From NCBI GenBank assembly GCA_951406725.2, contig OX597814.1, positions 111,290,001 to 111,354,000 of the forward strand: 64,000 nt of DNA. Reading direction: 5' to 3'. Source of the DNA: Octopus vulgaris. Lineage: Eukaryota. Shown here piece after piece: positions 14,770 through 27,982 of the stretch (position 1 is the first letter of the stretch; each line of letters opens with the position of its first letter). A model generated the notes under the pieces. The model did no database searches, had not been told where the DNA came from, and saw only the letters and a program-made list of their open reading frames with translations. A program made the translations under genes and the position numbers.

Positions 14770-17532
14770 TACACATACACACACACATATATATATATAT
14801 ATACATATATATACATATATATATACATACACATATACATCTTAATCTTACATGACGGGTCCTGCTGATATGGAATAAATGAAACAAAATTTATCAATAT
14901 TAAATGCTTGCTAATTAAATAGACATGTTTGTTTTATTCTACACATGTTAAATCATTAAGTAAATATACATCTATTATATTCAGTATAATATGATGCTAA
15001 ATGTTTACTAACATGGCCCTCCTTGCCAAACACACACACACACATTAAGGGGGTAAGATTTAAGAAACAACTAAAACATCAAACAACTTATAGTTTTAAA
15101 CGAGAGAACAATATAAGAAGGTGGTGCCCACCCCCATCAAAATAAACCAGTAACAGAGAAATTGGTTCAGCAATACTTAATTTTCTCTGGAATCTAAAAC
15201 ATTTAAAGTACTCCTTTCCAATTTTGTTATTATACTCACATTTTTAAAATAAATTTTAGTTTTCATTTTCGTATTTGGATTGCAAGATTCTTGATGTGAA
15301 CTTGTGTATTGAAACATTTAGTTATCTCAAGAGGGTCATTATGCCATAAATAAACTCAAACACTAGTTCTAGTTCACTTCTTTCTTTAATATTTGTCAAT
15401 TGATTAAGCCATTACCTAACCGATTGTTTGAGACAGACCTGGACTATGAGGACATGTCACTCATGAGGTTGTGAACTTTGACAAATAACCAACTGGTTGA
15501 TTAATCAAACAACCGATTAGTTTATTGGTTAAATAATTGACCAATTAATAAATAAATAATAAAGAGGTGAAATACAGCCAATGCATGTGTTCATTATTGA
15601 TGTAATGACCCTCCCAAGATATCAAAATAATTTCATTTTGCAGTCATGCTACATTCATAAATGACATTTTTTTGTTCTGAAAGTTCTAATTGAAATCTTA
15701 TTCATGGAATCACAGATAAATGAATTATTGAAATTGAAGAAATAATTAAAATAATAAATAAAATCTCTAAACAGTAAAAATGTTAAATACAGTTGGTATT
15801 TTCCACATAACTACAATCACTAATAGTTAGGTTTTCATAATATTATACATAACATACTGATAACAATAATTACCAGCCAGCCAGCCAGCCAGCAGCCATG
15901 GATAAAATGGTTAAGAAATTATTTAAAATTAACTCAGGAAATTTAAAAGTAGTTTAACTATATATATATATAAGAGAATTATTACTAAAGATCAAAGCAG
16001 GATTTGAATACAGAAGTTGTAAGTTATCAACTAATAAATGAATTTAGGAAAATTAAGAATGTTTCACAAAGAAATGTTTTTCATATATCTGGCAAAGAGA
16101 AATTAATTTAAAGAATTAAAGTAAAAATGTTCTTTAAGAAATCACTTTCTAATTAAATGAAATCCACAACAGTGTTTTCTTTTTTCTTTTAGAGTAAATA
16201 TGAATGAATTGGAGGACTGGGCATGTAGTTTATATGACTTTATTAGAAGAAAATTTTAACGAGCATGAAATAATTTTTAATTTAGAAATAAAGATTGTTA
16301 AACTTTAAAAATTTCATTTATTAAAAAAAAAATATATAGGAAGACAGAAAAAGAAAAAGTGTCAAAGAGTTTCCAAATGGAGAATATCAACGTATTTATT
16401 CATCTCATTTTGCCTCAAGGAGAAAAAAAAAAATTTTTTTTTTTTTTAGTTTGAATATATACATTCACCTGCAATAAAAACATCACCAATTTTTCCAGAC
16501 TCAAACATTCTAAAACACGTACACATCAAAGACAGGAGATGAATAATGAATGAATTTTGAACCATTTTAGAATCCACTCTTCTAACTGCATTTTCTTTGA
16601 AAGATTCTATTGTAGAGTACTTTTTTTTTTCTTCTTGGAGGGATATAAGAGGTTAACTAGACCAAACCAGTTAGCATTAATACAGAAAAGTAATGTATAA
16701 TATTACGAAGAAAACAGTCCATTATAAATATAAAAAATAAATAAAGACAGATCTTTTAAAAATTAAAACAGCAAAAAGTTATTATTAATCACAAAATTTT
16801 ATCAAAATATGGTTTGTGTAGAGAATCCTGTCACAAAAGCAAAAAAACAAACAAGCACATACAAATACAGAGACATTTGGCTCAATTTTTATTAATTCTA
16901 GTTTCTTATCAATAGTAAAATTGTTATCACTCATTTATACATATTTTCAACAGAAACCCCTGCTCCAATATTTTCTAGTCAAGCACACATTTGAAAAGAG
17001 TAAGATAAAAGATTTTGGAGTATTTATGTTAATTTTGGGAAGAGAAAAAAAAAATTAAAGCTAGCAGACTGAAACAAATGGATTGATATGATTTTTCTTT
17101 GATTAGATGACTGCTAGCTGGGCCAGCAGCAGCAGCAGAAATTATTCCAAAACATATACATAGGCATGGCTACCATATAGCTGAGCCATAAAAAAATGGA
17201 CATTTAGAAATTGTTATGTGTTGTTATAGATAACAGAAGGAAGGATTTTGGCAGCATTCCTCAATCTAAAATAAATGATATATTGATCACATTATTCCCA
17301 ATAATCTTTACAATAGCCCCATACCTAAAGGCTATCTGTCATAAAAGCCTTCTGATAATTATACTGGGTGATTTGCATCGCAGTATTTCACAAAAATACT
17401 CAATCTTCTTCATGCTGTAAAGTAGTCGCCGAAGAAAGCAGAACACCGTTTTTCATCTTACTGGCTTTACAGTTGAAACCATCTCAATGGCAATTTGAAG
17501 CTCTATAAAACTGTGTAATAATGCTCCCTTTG
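11430..17532 (-). other. Probable long 3'UTR of the ANKRD11/12-like gene (end not defined)
   Basis: About 6 kb after the stop, U/A-rich on the minus strand and much poorer in SINE/LINE copies than the flanks; several minus-strand AATAAA, e.g. 12668-12673. Confidence 0.45.
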
Positions 17533-17706
17533 CTAAGATGGTAATAGATCAAAGTCATCATTCACTTGTACCATTGGTACATGGAGATCATCAACAACAG
17601 GCATATTGTTCAAGTCAGAAACTTCTTTCATTTTCCATTCCCAGTCCATCTTCTGAACTGCAAATAAGGATTCAGCTTCGTGGTGATGCCTAAGCAACAA
17701 TAATTC
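17533..17706 (-). CDS. ANKRD12: ANKRD11/12-like last coding exon ELLLLRHHHEAESLFAVQKMDWEWKMKE...HVPMVQVNDDFDLLPS*
   Basis: 174 nt including the TAG stop (17533-17535), ttctag acceptor, phase 0. Confidence 0.94.
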   Translation of the reverse strand, partial: ELLLLRHHHEAESLFAVQKMDWEWKMKEVSDLNNMPVVDDLHVPMVQVNDDFDLLPS

Positions 17707-20700
17707 CTAGAAAGGAAACAAAAATTACAAATTAGAACGACAATATCTATATCCATATATATATATATATATATGTATAGTTCAGCAAAATTTAGATTCA
17801 GATGAATATGGTACTTAAGTTAAAAGGCACCAGAATTTGGTATGGTATTATCCATATAAATCAAATGGGGTGATTATAATCAAAATAAGCAACAAGGATA
17901 TCCAAGGTACTGTAGTACAATTGTTTCATGCTACTTCATTTAATTAAACAATGTAAGTATTACATCAGTTTTAAAATGTAGAGCACTCTTTAGCCACATA
18001 CAGAATTTTTTAATTAAATAAACAATGTTCATTTTTATACTTATTCCATTTGCCAACATTACAAAGAGGGTAGATATATAGACAGAGAGGTTAATTTCAT
18101 CATTAAGAACATGGTAGTAGAAGGTCCTTCCCCATGGGCAGATATTTACTTACATTGTTTAATTAAATGAAGTAGCATGAAACGATTGTACTACACTTAT
18201 TTTGATGTGTGTGTATATATATATATATATATATAAGGTGTGCATAATTGAAGCAGCATTAAATTGAAATAATCCACTATGTATCATAATTAATAGATGT
18301 ACACTTTTGACAGGCAAGATGCTGCAGGACCCCTAAGGGTCATACGGACCCTGCTTGAGAACCATTGATCTAACCCATACTATTCTGGACAAAATGGACA
18401 CAGAATGAACAAATGAAATGCTTGCTAATCATCATCGTCATCATTGTTGTCGTTTAACATCCACTGTCCATGCTGGCATTGGGTGAACGGTTTGACTGAA
18501 AACTGGCAAGGCGGTAGGCTGCACCAGACTCCAATCTGATTTGAAAAGGTTTCTACAGCTGGAAGCCTTTCATAATGCCGACCACTCTGCGAGTGTAGTG
18601 GGTGCCTTTTACGTGCCACCGGCACAGGAGCCAGTAAGTCAGCAGTGGTGTCGGTTACGTTCAAATGATGCTCTTTATGTGCTATTGGCATCGGCAACGC
18701 TCGAATAGTGCTTTTTACATGCCAGTCAGTCAGCACTGGCATTGGCCACGCTCAATTAATGCTTTTTATGTGCCAGTCACGCGGCACTGGCATCGGCCAC
18801 GCTCGAATGGTGCATTTTACGTAATGGTAAGTTCTAATATTTGCACAAGACCAAAGAATTTGTTGGAAGAGTACAGTCAAAGTAATCTCAATACACGACT
18901 GGTACTTAACAATCCTGGAAAAATAAAAGGCAAAAAAATCAGGATGATAAGAATGGTTTCGGACTTAGGCACAAATCCAGTAATTTTAGTGGGAGGGATT
19001 TAGTTGACTACTTCGACCCCAGTGCTCAACTGGTATTTATTTTATTGCCCCTGAAAGAAAGAAAGGCAAAGTCAACCTCAGCAGTCAGAATACCACAAAG
19101 CATTTTCTTTCCCTGATGCTCTGATACTTCAGTTAGCTTTCCACCTTCTTCATCATCATCATTGTTTAACATCCGCTTTCCATGCTGGCATAGATTGGAC
19201 AGTTTGACTGAGGGCTGGCAAGCCAGAAGGCTGCACCAGGCTCCAATCTGATCTGGCAAAGTTTCTACAGCTGGCTGCCCTTCCTAACTAATGCCAACCA
19301 CTCCAAGAGTGTAGAGGGTGCTTTTTATGTGCCACCGGCACAAGGGCCAGTCAGGCAGCACTGGCATCGACCACGCTTGAATGGTGCTTTTTACGTGCCA
19401 CCATCACAGGTTTGCCTCATTGGCATGGCCAGAAGCACCAAGAAAGTATTAGATAGTTGAAGAGAACAAATATCATGGTGCTGTAGGCTGCAGGTAGCAA
19501 GCCCACTACTTATGCAAAACTCCAGGAGTCCCAGCAAAAGCCTGAGTTAAAAGAATATTAATAATAATTAAATACTAAGAAGAATTTAGGATAGTAACTA
19601 TCTGTCAATCACTTTTCTGAGTTAAAACAAAGATAACCTGGCTCTCAGGCCTACTTGACTGACAAGAAAACCAATTTATATAAATAAGGTCTGTCACATA
19701 AGCTGTTATATGATAATACTTTAAGATACTTGAGTTGAATTGTAATAGCCAATGAAATTTGCTTTTAGATCAATTTCCATTCCTTACTGTGGCACTTTAA
19801 ACACGTGTCTTCTACTATAACCTTCAGTTCAATGTTACGTGAGTGAAATCAGGAGAGCAGAAACTGTATGAAAGTATGTCATGCGTGTGTTTGTTACCCC
19901 ACCAACCAGCTTGCTTGAACACTAGTGTTGGTTTGTTTATGACCTCTTAGCAATTCTGTAAAAGTAGTAAACTTAAAAAGTAAATAGGCACAGGAGTGGC
20001 TGTGTGGTAAGAAGCTTGCTTCCCAAACACATGGTTCCGAGTTCAGTCCCACTGTGTGGTACTTTGGGCAAGTGTCTTCTACTATAGCCTCAGGCTGACC
20101 AATGCCTTGTAAGTGGATTTGGCAGACAGAAACTGAAAGAAGCCTGTCATATGTGTTTGTCACCGCACCATCGCTGGACGACAGATGTTGGTGTGTTTAT
20201 GTCTCTGTAACTTAGCAGATCAGCAAAAGAGACCAATAGAATAAGTACTAAAGGCATTGCTCCAGCATGGATGCAGTCAAATGACTGAAACAAGTAAAAG
20301 AATAAAAGAATACTGTGGTTGATTTGTTTGACTAAACTCGTCAAGGTGGTGCACCAGCATGGCCACAGTCCAATGATTGAAACAAGATAAAAGATATCAG
20401 TAATGACAATGGAACTAGGATGAATATATTTTTCAGCTTTTGAGAGTAAAGTGGGGCTAGTTTCGATATGAAATCTCAGCTAAACTACTTCTCCCTGTTA
20501 CTGGTTCAACCATTTCAGAAACTGCAGTTTGAGGCTTCTCTTCAGAAAATTGAGATTAATTAATCTCAACAACATTTTTACTACTAAATTTAATTAAATT
20601 TGGAATCAAAATACTGCAGTATTCATCATCATTGTTTTACCGTGCCAGTGGCACATAAAAGGGCACCATTCGAGTGTGATCGTTACCAGTGTCGCCTTAC

Positions 20701-22139
20701 TGGTACTTGTGCCCATGCTAGTAGGGTACCAGGAGCACAGCTTCACCTTACTGGCACTTGTGCCCGTGCTAGTAGGGTGCCAAGAGTACCATCCGAGCGT
20801 GATCGTTGCCAGAGCAGCCAACTGGCTCTGTGCCAGTGGCACGTAAAAGGGCACCATTCGAGCATGATCGTTACCAACGTCGTCTTACTGGCACCTGAGC
20901 TGGTGGCATGTGTAAAAAGATTCGAGCGAGGTCATTGCCAGTACTGCCTGACTGGCCCCCGTGCCGGTGGCACGTAAAAAGCACCCACTACACTCTTGGA
21001 GTGGTTGGCGTTAGGAAGGGCATCCAGCTGTAGAAACTCTGCCAAATCAAGATTGGAGCCTGGTGTGGCTGTCTGGTTCACCAGCCCTAGTCAAAATCGT
21101 CCAACCCATGCTAGCATGGAAAGTGGACGTTTATCGATGATGATGATGTTTCAGATTGGAGCCTGGTACAGCCTCCTGGCTTGCCAGTCCTCAGTCAAAC
21201 TGTCCAACCCATGCCAGCATGGGTTGAACAAAGTTTATTGAGGCAGATTTTTCTACAGCTGGATGCCCTTCCTGTTGCCAACCTTTACTTGTTTCTAAGG
21301 AAGGTCATGACTAGACATGTTTTCACAGTAGATTGGAAACGAAGACATTCATTTACAACAATCACATGTCAGGACAAAGAGACACATACACATACGTACG
21401 TGCGCGTATATTCTTTTACTTGTTTCAGTCATCTGACTGCAGCCATGCTGGAGCACCACCTTTAATCGAACAAATTGATCCCAGGACTTATTCGTTGTAA
21501 GCCTAGTACTTATTCTATCGGTCTCTTTTGCTAAACCACTAAGTTACAGGGATGTAAACACACCAACATCAGTTGTCAAGCGATGGTGGTGGGGGGACAA
21601 ACACGGACACACAAATATATATATATATATATATATGTAGGAAGGGCTTCTTTCAGTCTACCAAATCAACTCACAAAGCTTTGGTTGGCTCAGGGATATA
21701 ATAGAAAACATTTGGCCAAGATACCATGCAATGGGACTGAAACTAAAACCATGTGATTGGGAAACAAGCCTCATACCACACAGCGATGCCTGTGCTACAT
21801 TTCCGGATCCCTTAAAGTGAACATCCACTCAATATATTGTAAGTCAAGAGAGATCCACACCTGTTCATTAATTTCCTATGTCTATAAATAAAATAACTGC
21901 ATTTAAAAGGAGGCTACTATCTAAAATAAAAACGTTCCCCTGCAGGAGGCTACTATTTAAAAAAAAACGTTCCCCTTCAGTGCATGGAGATAAGTTCTGA
22001 TAAGTTGTTATCTGCAGACAACAAAGAACCCTTTATGCACACACACACACACACACTACATTTATTTTGACTTTCAAATTATGCTTAGCACTGAATGTTA
22101 ACTGTCTGTACTCTTGAGAAGTGTGTGTGTATATATGTA

Positions 22140-22192
<53 letters not shown>

Positions 22193-25100
22193 TCTCTCAC
22201 TCACTGTACAACCAAACATAACAAATAAAAACAGTAACAACAACAAAAGAAAAACAGATGTACATAAACGGAAACCAAAATGAAAAAAAAAGGGGGGGGT
22301 GGAGAAGTGAAACAAAGTCAGGCTCATAAACACAACAAACAAAGTAAATAGTCATAAGACTGAACCAGACAAAGAACACCAACAAAGAGAGAAACATTTG
22401 CAGTATACTTCACTAAAAGGACATTGTGAAGTGGGAGAAAGAAATACCAAAATTAACTGACATCTTAAAGATAACCCCTTTTGATAAAACAGACTCTTAC
22501 CATATTCAGAAATTAACCTCCTAAAATAATGGCTACACACACACAAAGTTAAACAACAAAAAGGGCTAATAATAGTGTTTGAGCTGTAGTAACCATTGTT
22601 GACATTGACAGGCTATATTTATTGTGGCAGTAAGGGGCCAGAGGATGGGAACCTCCTGATATTACTAAGATGAGTACCCAAACTATTATATCATCATCAT
22701 TTAACAACTGTTTTCCATGCTGGCATGGGTTGTATGGCTTGACAGGAGATAGCAAGCTAGAGAGCTGTGCCAGGCTCCAGTTTTCTGTTTTGGCAAAGAT
22801 TAATTTCAAGATGAATGTCCATCTGACTGAAGTCTCAGATTAATAATGAACATTTTAGACTTGTGCATTTTAGCTAAATGATGTTCGTAAATAATGATAA
22901 TTAGAAATTGTCACTTGTGCTGTTGACAGCATCTGCAGATTGTACAGGGCCTAACATTTTCTAGAATTGTCCAAACAACACAAAATTCTGTTCTAAAACA
23001 TTGATTAAATTTTTAAGGTTGGAATATATTGACCTTTAATGAGTTTAAAACTAACAATAGGTCCACAAGTTCATATCAATAGAATACACCAGCTTTTATT
23101 ATTCTTTATAAAGAATAAAATAAGGCAGAAGTTTATACACTGACTACAGGGGTGGGTGTGGCCGTGGCTAGAAAAATAGTTATAAGAGAATGAGAGTAAT
23201 TTGAACAAGGATAGTTTCATAAAGGAACAGCAGAACAAAAGCCTTTCTATGTATATATTTGGTTTTAGGAAGAGCTTACTGCAGTCTTCCGACTCCTGTC
23301 AAACCATCCTACCCATGCCAGCATGGAAGATGGCCATTAAGTGTTGATGATGATGATGCCAGTCAGACAAAAGGAAAAGAACTAGAAAAAATTAGCAGTA
23401 GAGTGGAAAATCCCTACAAGAATGAAACTAGAAAAAGCACAAGTAAAACAACTAAAAGACAAAAAAAAGAGAAAGTCCTATTCAACAACAGAACGGCGAG
23501 ATCTTGTCTACAATAATCAGAGTAAGGATCACGACTATGAGAAGGACGAGATTCTACAACGATTCATGTAAGATCCAGCCATATCAGGGTTCACAACCTT
23601 GCACATAATCCAAAGAACAAATTTCCTTTGACATAGTCCTTTCTAGTACAGGTACAAGGCCTGAAATTTTGGGTGAGAGACTAGTTCATTACATTGACCC
23701 CCAAGGCTCGACTGGTACTTATTTTATCAACTCTGAAAGGATGAAAGGCAAGGTCAACCTTGGTGGAGTTTGAACCAATGACGTAAAAAACGGGAGAAAT
23801 GCCACTAAGCACTTTGTCCAGAGTGCTAACGACTCTGCCAATTTGATAGCCCACTCCCATTAGCAGTAATTTAAGTAAAAACAGTAAAACAGGATTCTAT
23901 ACACCTGAGCTGAGATATATAAACACTTGATCTGATGTCACAACAACTCCCACAAAACCACCCAAAACACAATGGGTTTTTTTTCTTTTTAAAAACAGAA
24001 TAAGATGATCTCACTTTTATCTTGTCATATTTATCACCAACATCTTGAATCCAGGAAATAAACTGTCTGCCATTGTAGCGTGATCGAACGTTTTTCTCTC
24101 TTTCCTCTACCTATAAAAGAAATAAAAAAAGAATTTAAAAGTTACATATTTATTACATGTCTGACCCCATCAGGGAACACTGGTTACTCAGGTAGCAGAG
24201 GGAGATGGTTTCTACAATAATCGGAGTATGGATCATGATCTGGTAAAAGGACAAAGGAAGTGCTTTAGAAAGGAGCAACTACAAATACTTCAAACTAATA
24301 TAACAAGTTGTAAAGATAACAAGAAAGTTATTATGACATCACTGGTTAAAAACAGTTAGCTGAGATGAAATGAAGGTTGGGTGTGTACTAGGATGAAGTA
24401 CCACTGATGTCCTTTCCCCGAGTGAGACAGCTAGAGGAGAATTTCTTAGCAAATATCAAATCAAGTTACAGTATGAATACTTGTTGACCTCTGACTGAGT
24501 ACTATATTCTGAGGTTATGTAATGGCTGAGTTAACTAGGAGTAAATGGCTTGTGAGAGCTGGGTGAGCCATGTGCAGAGATGCTGTTAGCTAAGCAAGAG
24601 TTAGAAAGGAGTTCAGAGAGAAATTTAATATGCAGATCAGTGTGCAGGTATCACTTTCCAGATTAATATTCGTGTAAAGAGCTTAGCCTGGACTGCATAG
24701 ATAGACTATAGACTGGGATTGAGAGAACTATGTCTCAGAGAGAAATTAAATGTGTGGGGTCTAGGATGGATCAGAGTCATGGGATGTTAGAGAAGAGGAG
24801 AGAGAATTCTCCGAGTTTAGTTTTAGTCTGTAGCATCTTACGAAGGGTATCAATGTCATAAGGCTAACGGAAACTCAGTGCCAGGAGTCTGGCGCAAATG
24901 CTTGTATCAGAGCAAACTATGCTCAAAGCACTCACAGACCAACTGATCGTGTTAAAGCTGTTGGAGGGGATGTCTAATATTCTCACCCCGTATATAACAC
25001 TTGTTGATAGAAGAGAGCTGAGTCAGTGCAGGGGACACAGAATTCATTGTTAGTTTCTAAAATAGTGATGAAAGACTCACAAACTAAATGTACAAAATGG

Positions 25101-27950
25101 TATACAGAGTAGACTTGTTTAGAGTTGTCTCCCGTATTTGTTGCAAAAATTAAACTACTCGTCCACTAATTGTTTTTTTATTCTTCCTTGCAATTATTTC
25201 CATTTAGCTTTTCAATGCTCTCTGCATTAACCTGTTAAAAAACAAAAAAAAAAAACTCTGCCAAGATCAAGGATGTCCAACCAGTTGGGTCACATAGCCT
25301 TGCTAGAAGCAGCTTAAGATAATATTAATTTCAACTATCAACTAATAGTAGGGGGTTGCAAGGGCAAAAACGTTGGGCATCGCTGGCCTAGAAGGTGTCT
25401 GTGAATAATGTAATATTACACTTGCAGTATACATGTTTCTCTCTCACTCGCTCCATCACTATATTTTGCTTTTTCTTCCTGTACTGCTTTCTATTTATAT
25501 TTATCACTATTGTGGAAGTTGTGATCATTCATACCACAACAATGTCCCATGTCCATTATAAACCTTGGAGATTATTTAAGTGTGTTATGCAATCTCTGAA
25601 GATTTTATATGTAATGACCATATGTGGTGAAATGCTGAGCTGGAGGAGGTTTAAAAGCACATATGTGAATTGATGATGAAAACACTTATAAAACCATATG
25701 CAAACACAAATACAGATTTGATTTTTATCAAAATGACAAAAAATAAATCACTGAACTGAGATAAAGATCTAAATAACAAACCTGTTCCACTTCAATAAGA
25801 TTATAAATCTCTTCATCTCGAAGTATTGTGCAAACACTTAAAGGGACTGCTTGATTATTTTGTGCTCTGGCAGCACGTGCATGCTCCCGCAACATCTCTT
25901 GCTCAATAGAAAGCATTAACTTTTCCTACGAAAAGAAAATAAATAAAAAGACAGTGTAAAAGATGACAAAAAGCAAAAACAGAAGCAAATGAGAGAAATT
26001 TAACCGAAATTACACAACTTCCAATAATGTATTCGTTTACCGTTTATTTAGGTCATAAATCTCAATCATGAAACCTAAAATAGATGCTTTGTATTTTGTT
26101 GAAACCTTTAGCATAACATTTCTAATCAGTTTCAAAACAAAACCTCAAGTTTCTTTACCCTAAAATTCTCTTCAAATATCAACTATTTTTTTGTATCATT
26201 TTCACAAAGAGAAAGTGTACAAAATAATTGAAATTCTCAACAATAAATGTAATAATTTTCCATTAATTATTTAAGGAAATTATAATTAGAGATATAATTG
26301 TTAGGTAAAATTATTTAGTTACTCATCAACAACCTCTTGTCCAAAATTTTAAAATTCCATATTTTAAACCCAACTGTTTTGGTTTTATTATTAAATGTTT
26401 AAGGTAAACACTTGCGTGTTTAGAGTGAAACTGTATTTCATCTCTCATGCAGAGATTGATGTCTTATCAGGTAGTGAAACAGCTCCGTATGTGTTCCATG
26501 CCCCTGCCACAGTGACATCAGAGCTGCCCCAAGTACCCACCGATAAATGCAACAAAACTCCTGCACAACAACACAAGCTTTGTTGAGTCAGATGTTTTAT
26601 TATCTTTTGATGCTCGGTCTAGTTATCTCTAGGTTCTTTGAGATAACTTATCGAGAATTACATTTCACAACCAGATATTCCGAGATGCTAAAATATAACA
26701 GTAGACTGGTTCAGGACACAGCATGTGAAACAAGCCCTTCAGCAGACCTCAACTCGTTTCCTTTAAAATACTAATAACCATTCATCTCATTAGATAACAT
26801 TAACCCTTTTGTTACTGTATTTATTTTGAGATGCTCTCTGTTTCTTTCAATTACTTTAAATACAACAAAGAATTTAGTAAAATAACTTAGTTATCATTCA
26901 GCTAGTGTTAGGAACATAAATTGTGACTAAGGTTTGGAGGAAGATTTTAATTCAAAACTTATGAAAACAAGACATTTGTACTCTGAGCCAGAGCCGGTTT
27001 CAGCCGGGTTGGTAGCGAAAGGGTTAAATATTCCTAATTAAAAAGTAAATAATTGTACAAACTTAAATTTTAAAAGAATAATTTTCTTTACCTTTTCAAT
27101 GAGGTGTTGTAATCTTAGCTTATACCGAGCTTGTTCTTGGTCTAAGAATAAATCTCTCATTGATCCAGTTACTGAATTTGGAGGGGAAAGCTACAATAAT
27201 AAAAGAAAATAAACAATATATATACGATGATAATGACAATATATATATATATATATAAATTAGAAAAAAAACCCACCTTTTATCAATTCAATAATGAAAA
27301 ATCAAATTATACCATTTAGAAAAATAAACATTATTATTATATATATATCAAAATCAAAATCGATCAACATCAATGGAAATCATAGCTGTGATACCAGTGC
27401 CGGTGGCACATTGCCAGATCAGACTGGGCCTGATGCAGCCTTCTGGCTTCCCAAACCCCAGTTGAACCGTCCAACTCATGCTAGCATGGAAAGCAGACGC
27501 TAAACGATGATGATGATATATATATATATACACACAGACACACACAAAGTGACAATGTTTCAACTGTATATCATCATTATTGCTTTAACATCCACTCTTT
27601 CATGGTACATGGGTCAGATGGAATGCACTGAGGTAGATTTTGAATGGTTGGATGTCCTTTCCAGTCACCAAACCGCATCTGTTTCCATGCAACTTTCATG
27701 AGAGATTGGTAATAAACGACACCATTTGTATGACAGTGACAGTTGTTTACAGTTATTACATGACGTCAAGATGAAGAGACAAAAACAGTGCCCCCCCCTC
27801 CCACACCATACACACACACAACAGGATTCTTTCAAATACTATAACAGAAGACACTTGCTCAAGGTGCCATCAAGCGGAACTGACACTAGACGGTTTGGAA
27901 GTAAACTTCACAACTACACAGCCATGTCCGCACACAAACACATCAGTGTG

Positions 27951-27982
<32 letters not shown>

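Noticed and set aside
24160-25050. Possible decayed LINE endonuclease region on the minus strand
   Set aside because: Too degenerate to assign by eye; left unannotated.
26395-26774. Non-repetitive intronic segment with short plus-strand ORFs; possible cryptic exon
   Set aside because: No recognisable protein similarity; the minus-strand acceptor at 26761 is weak, gives ETS* and has no clear donor.
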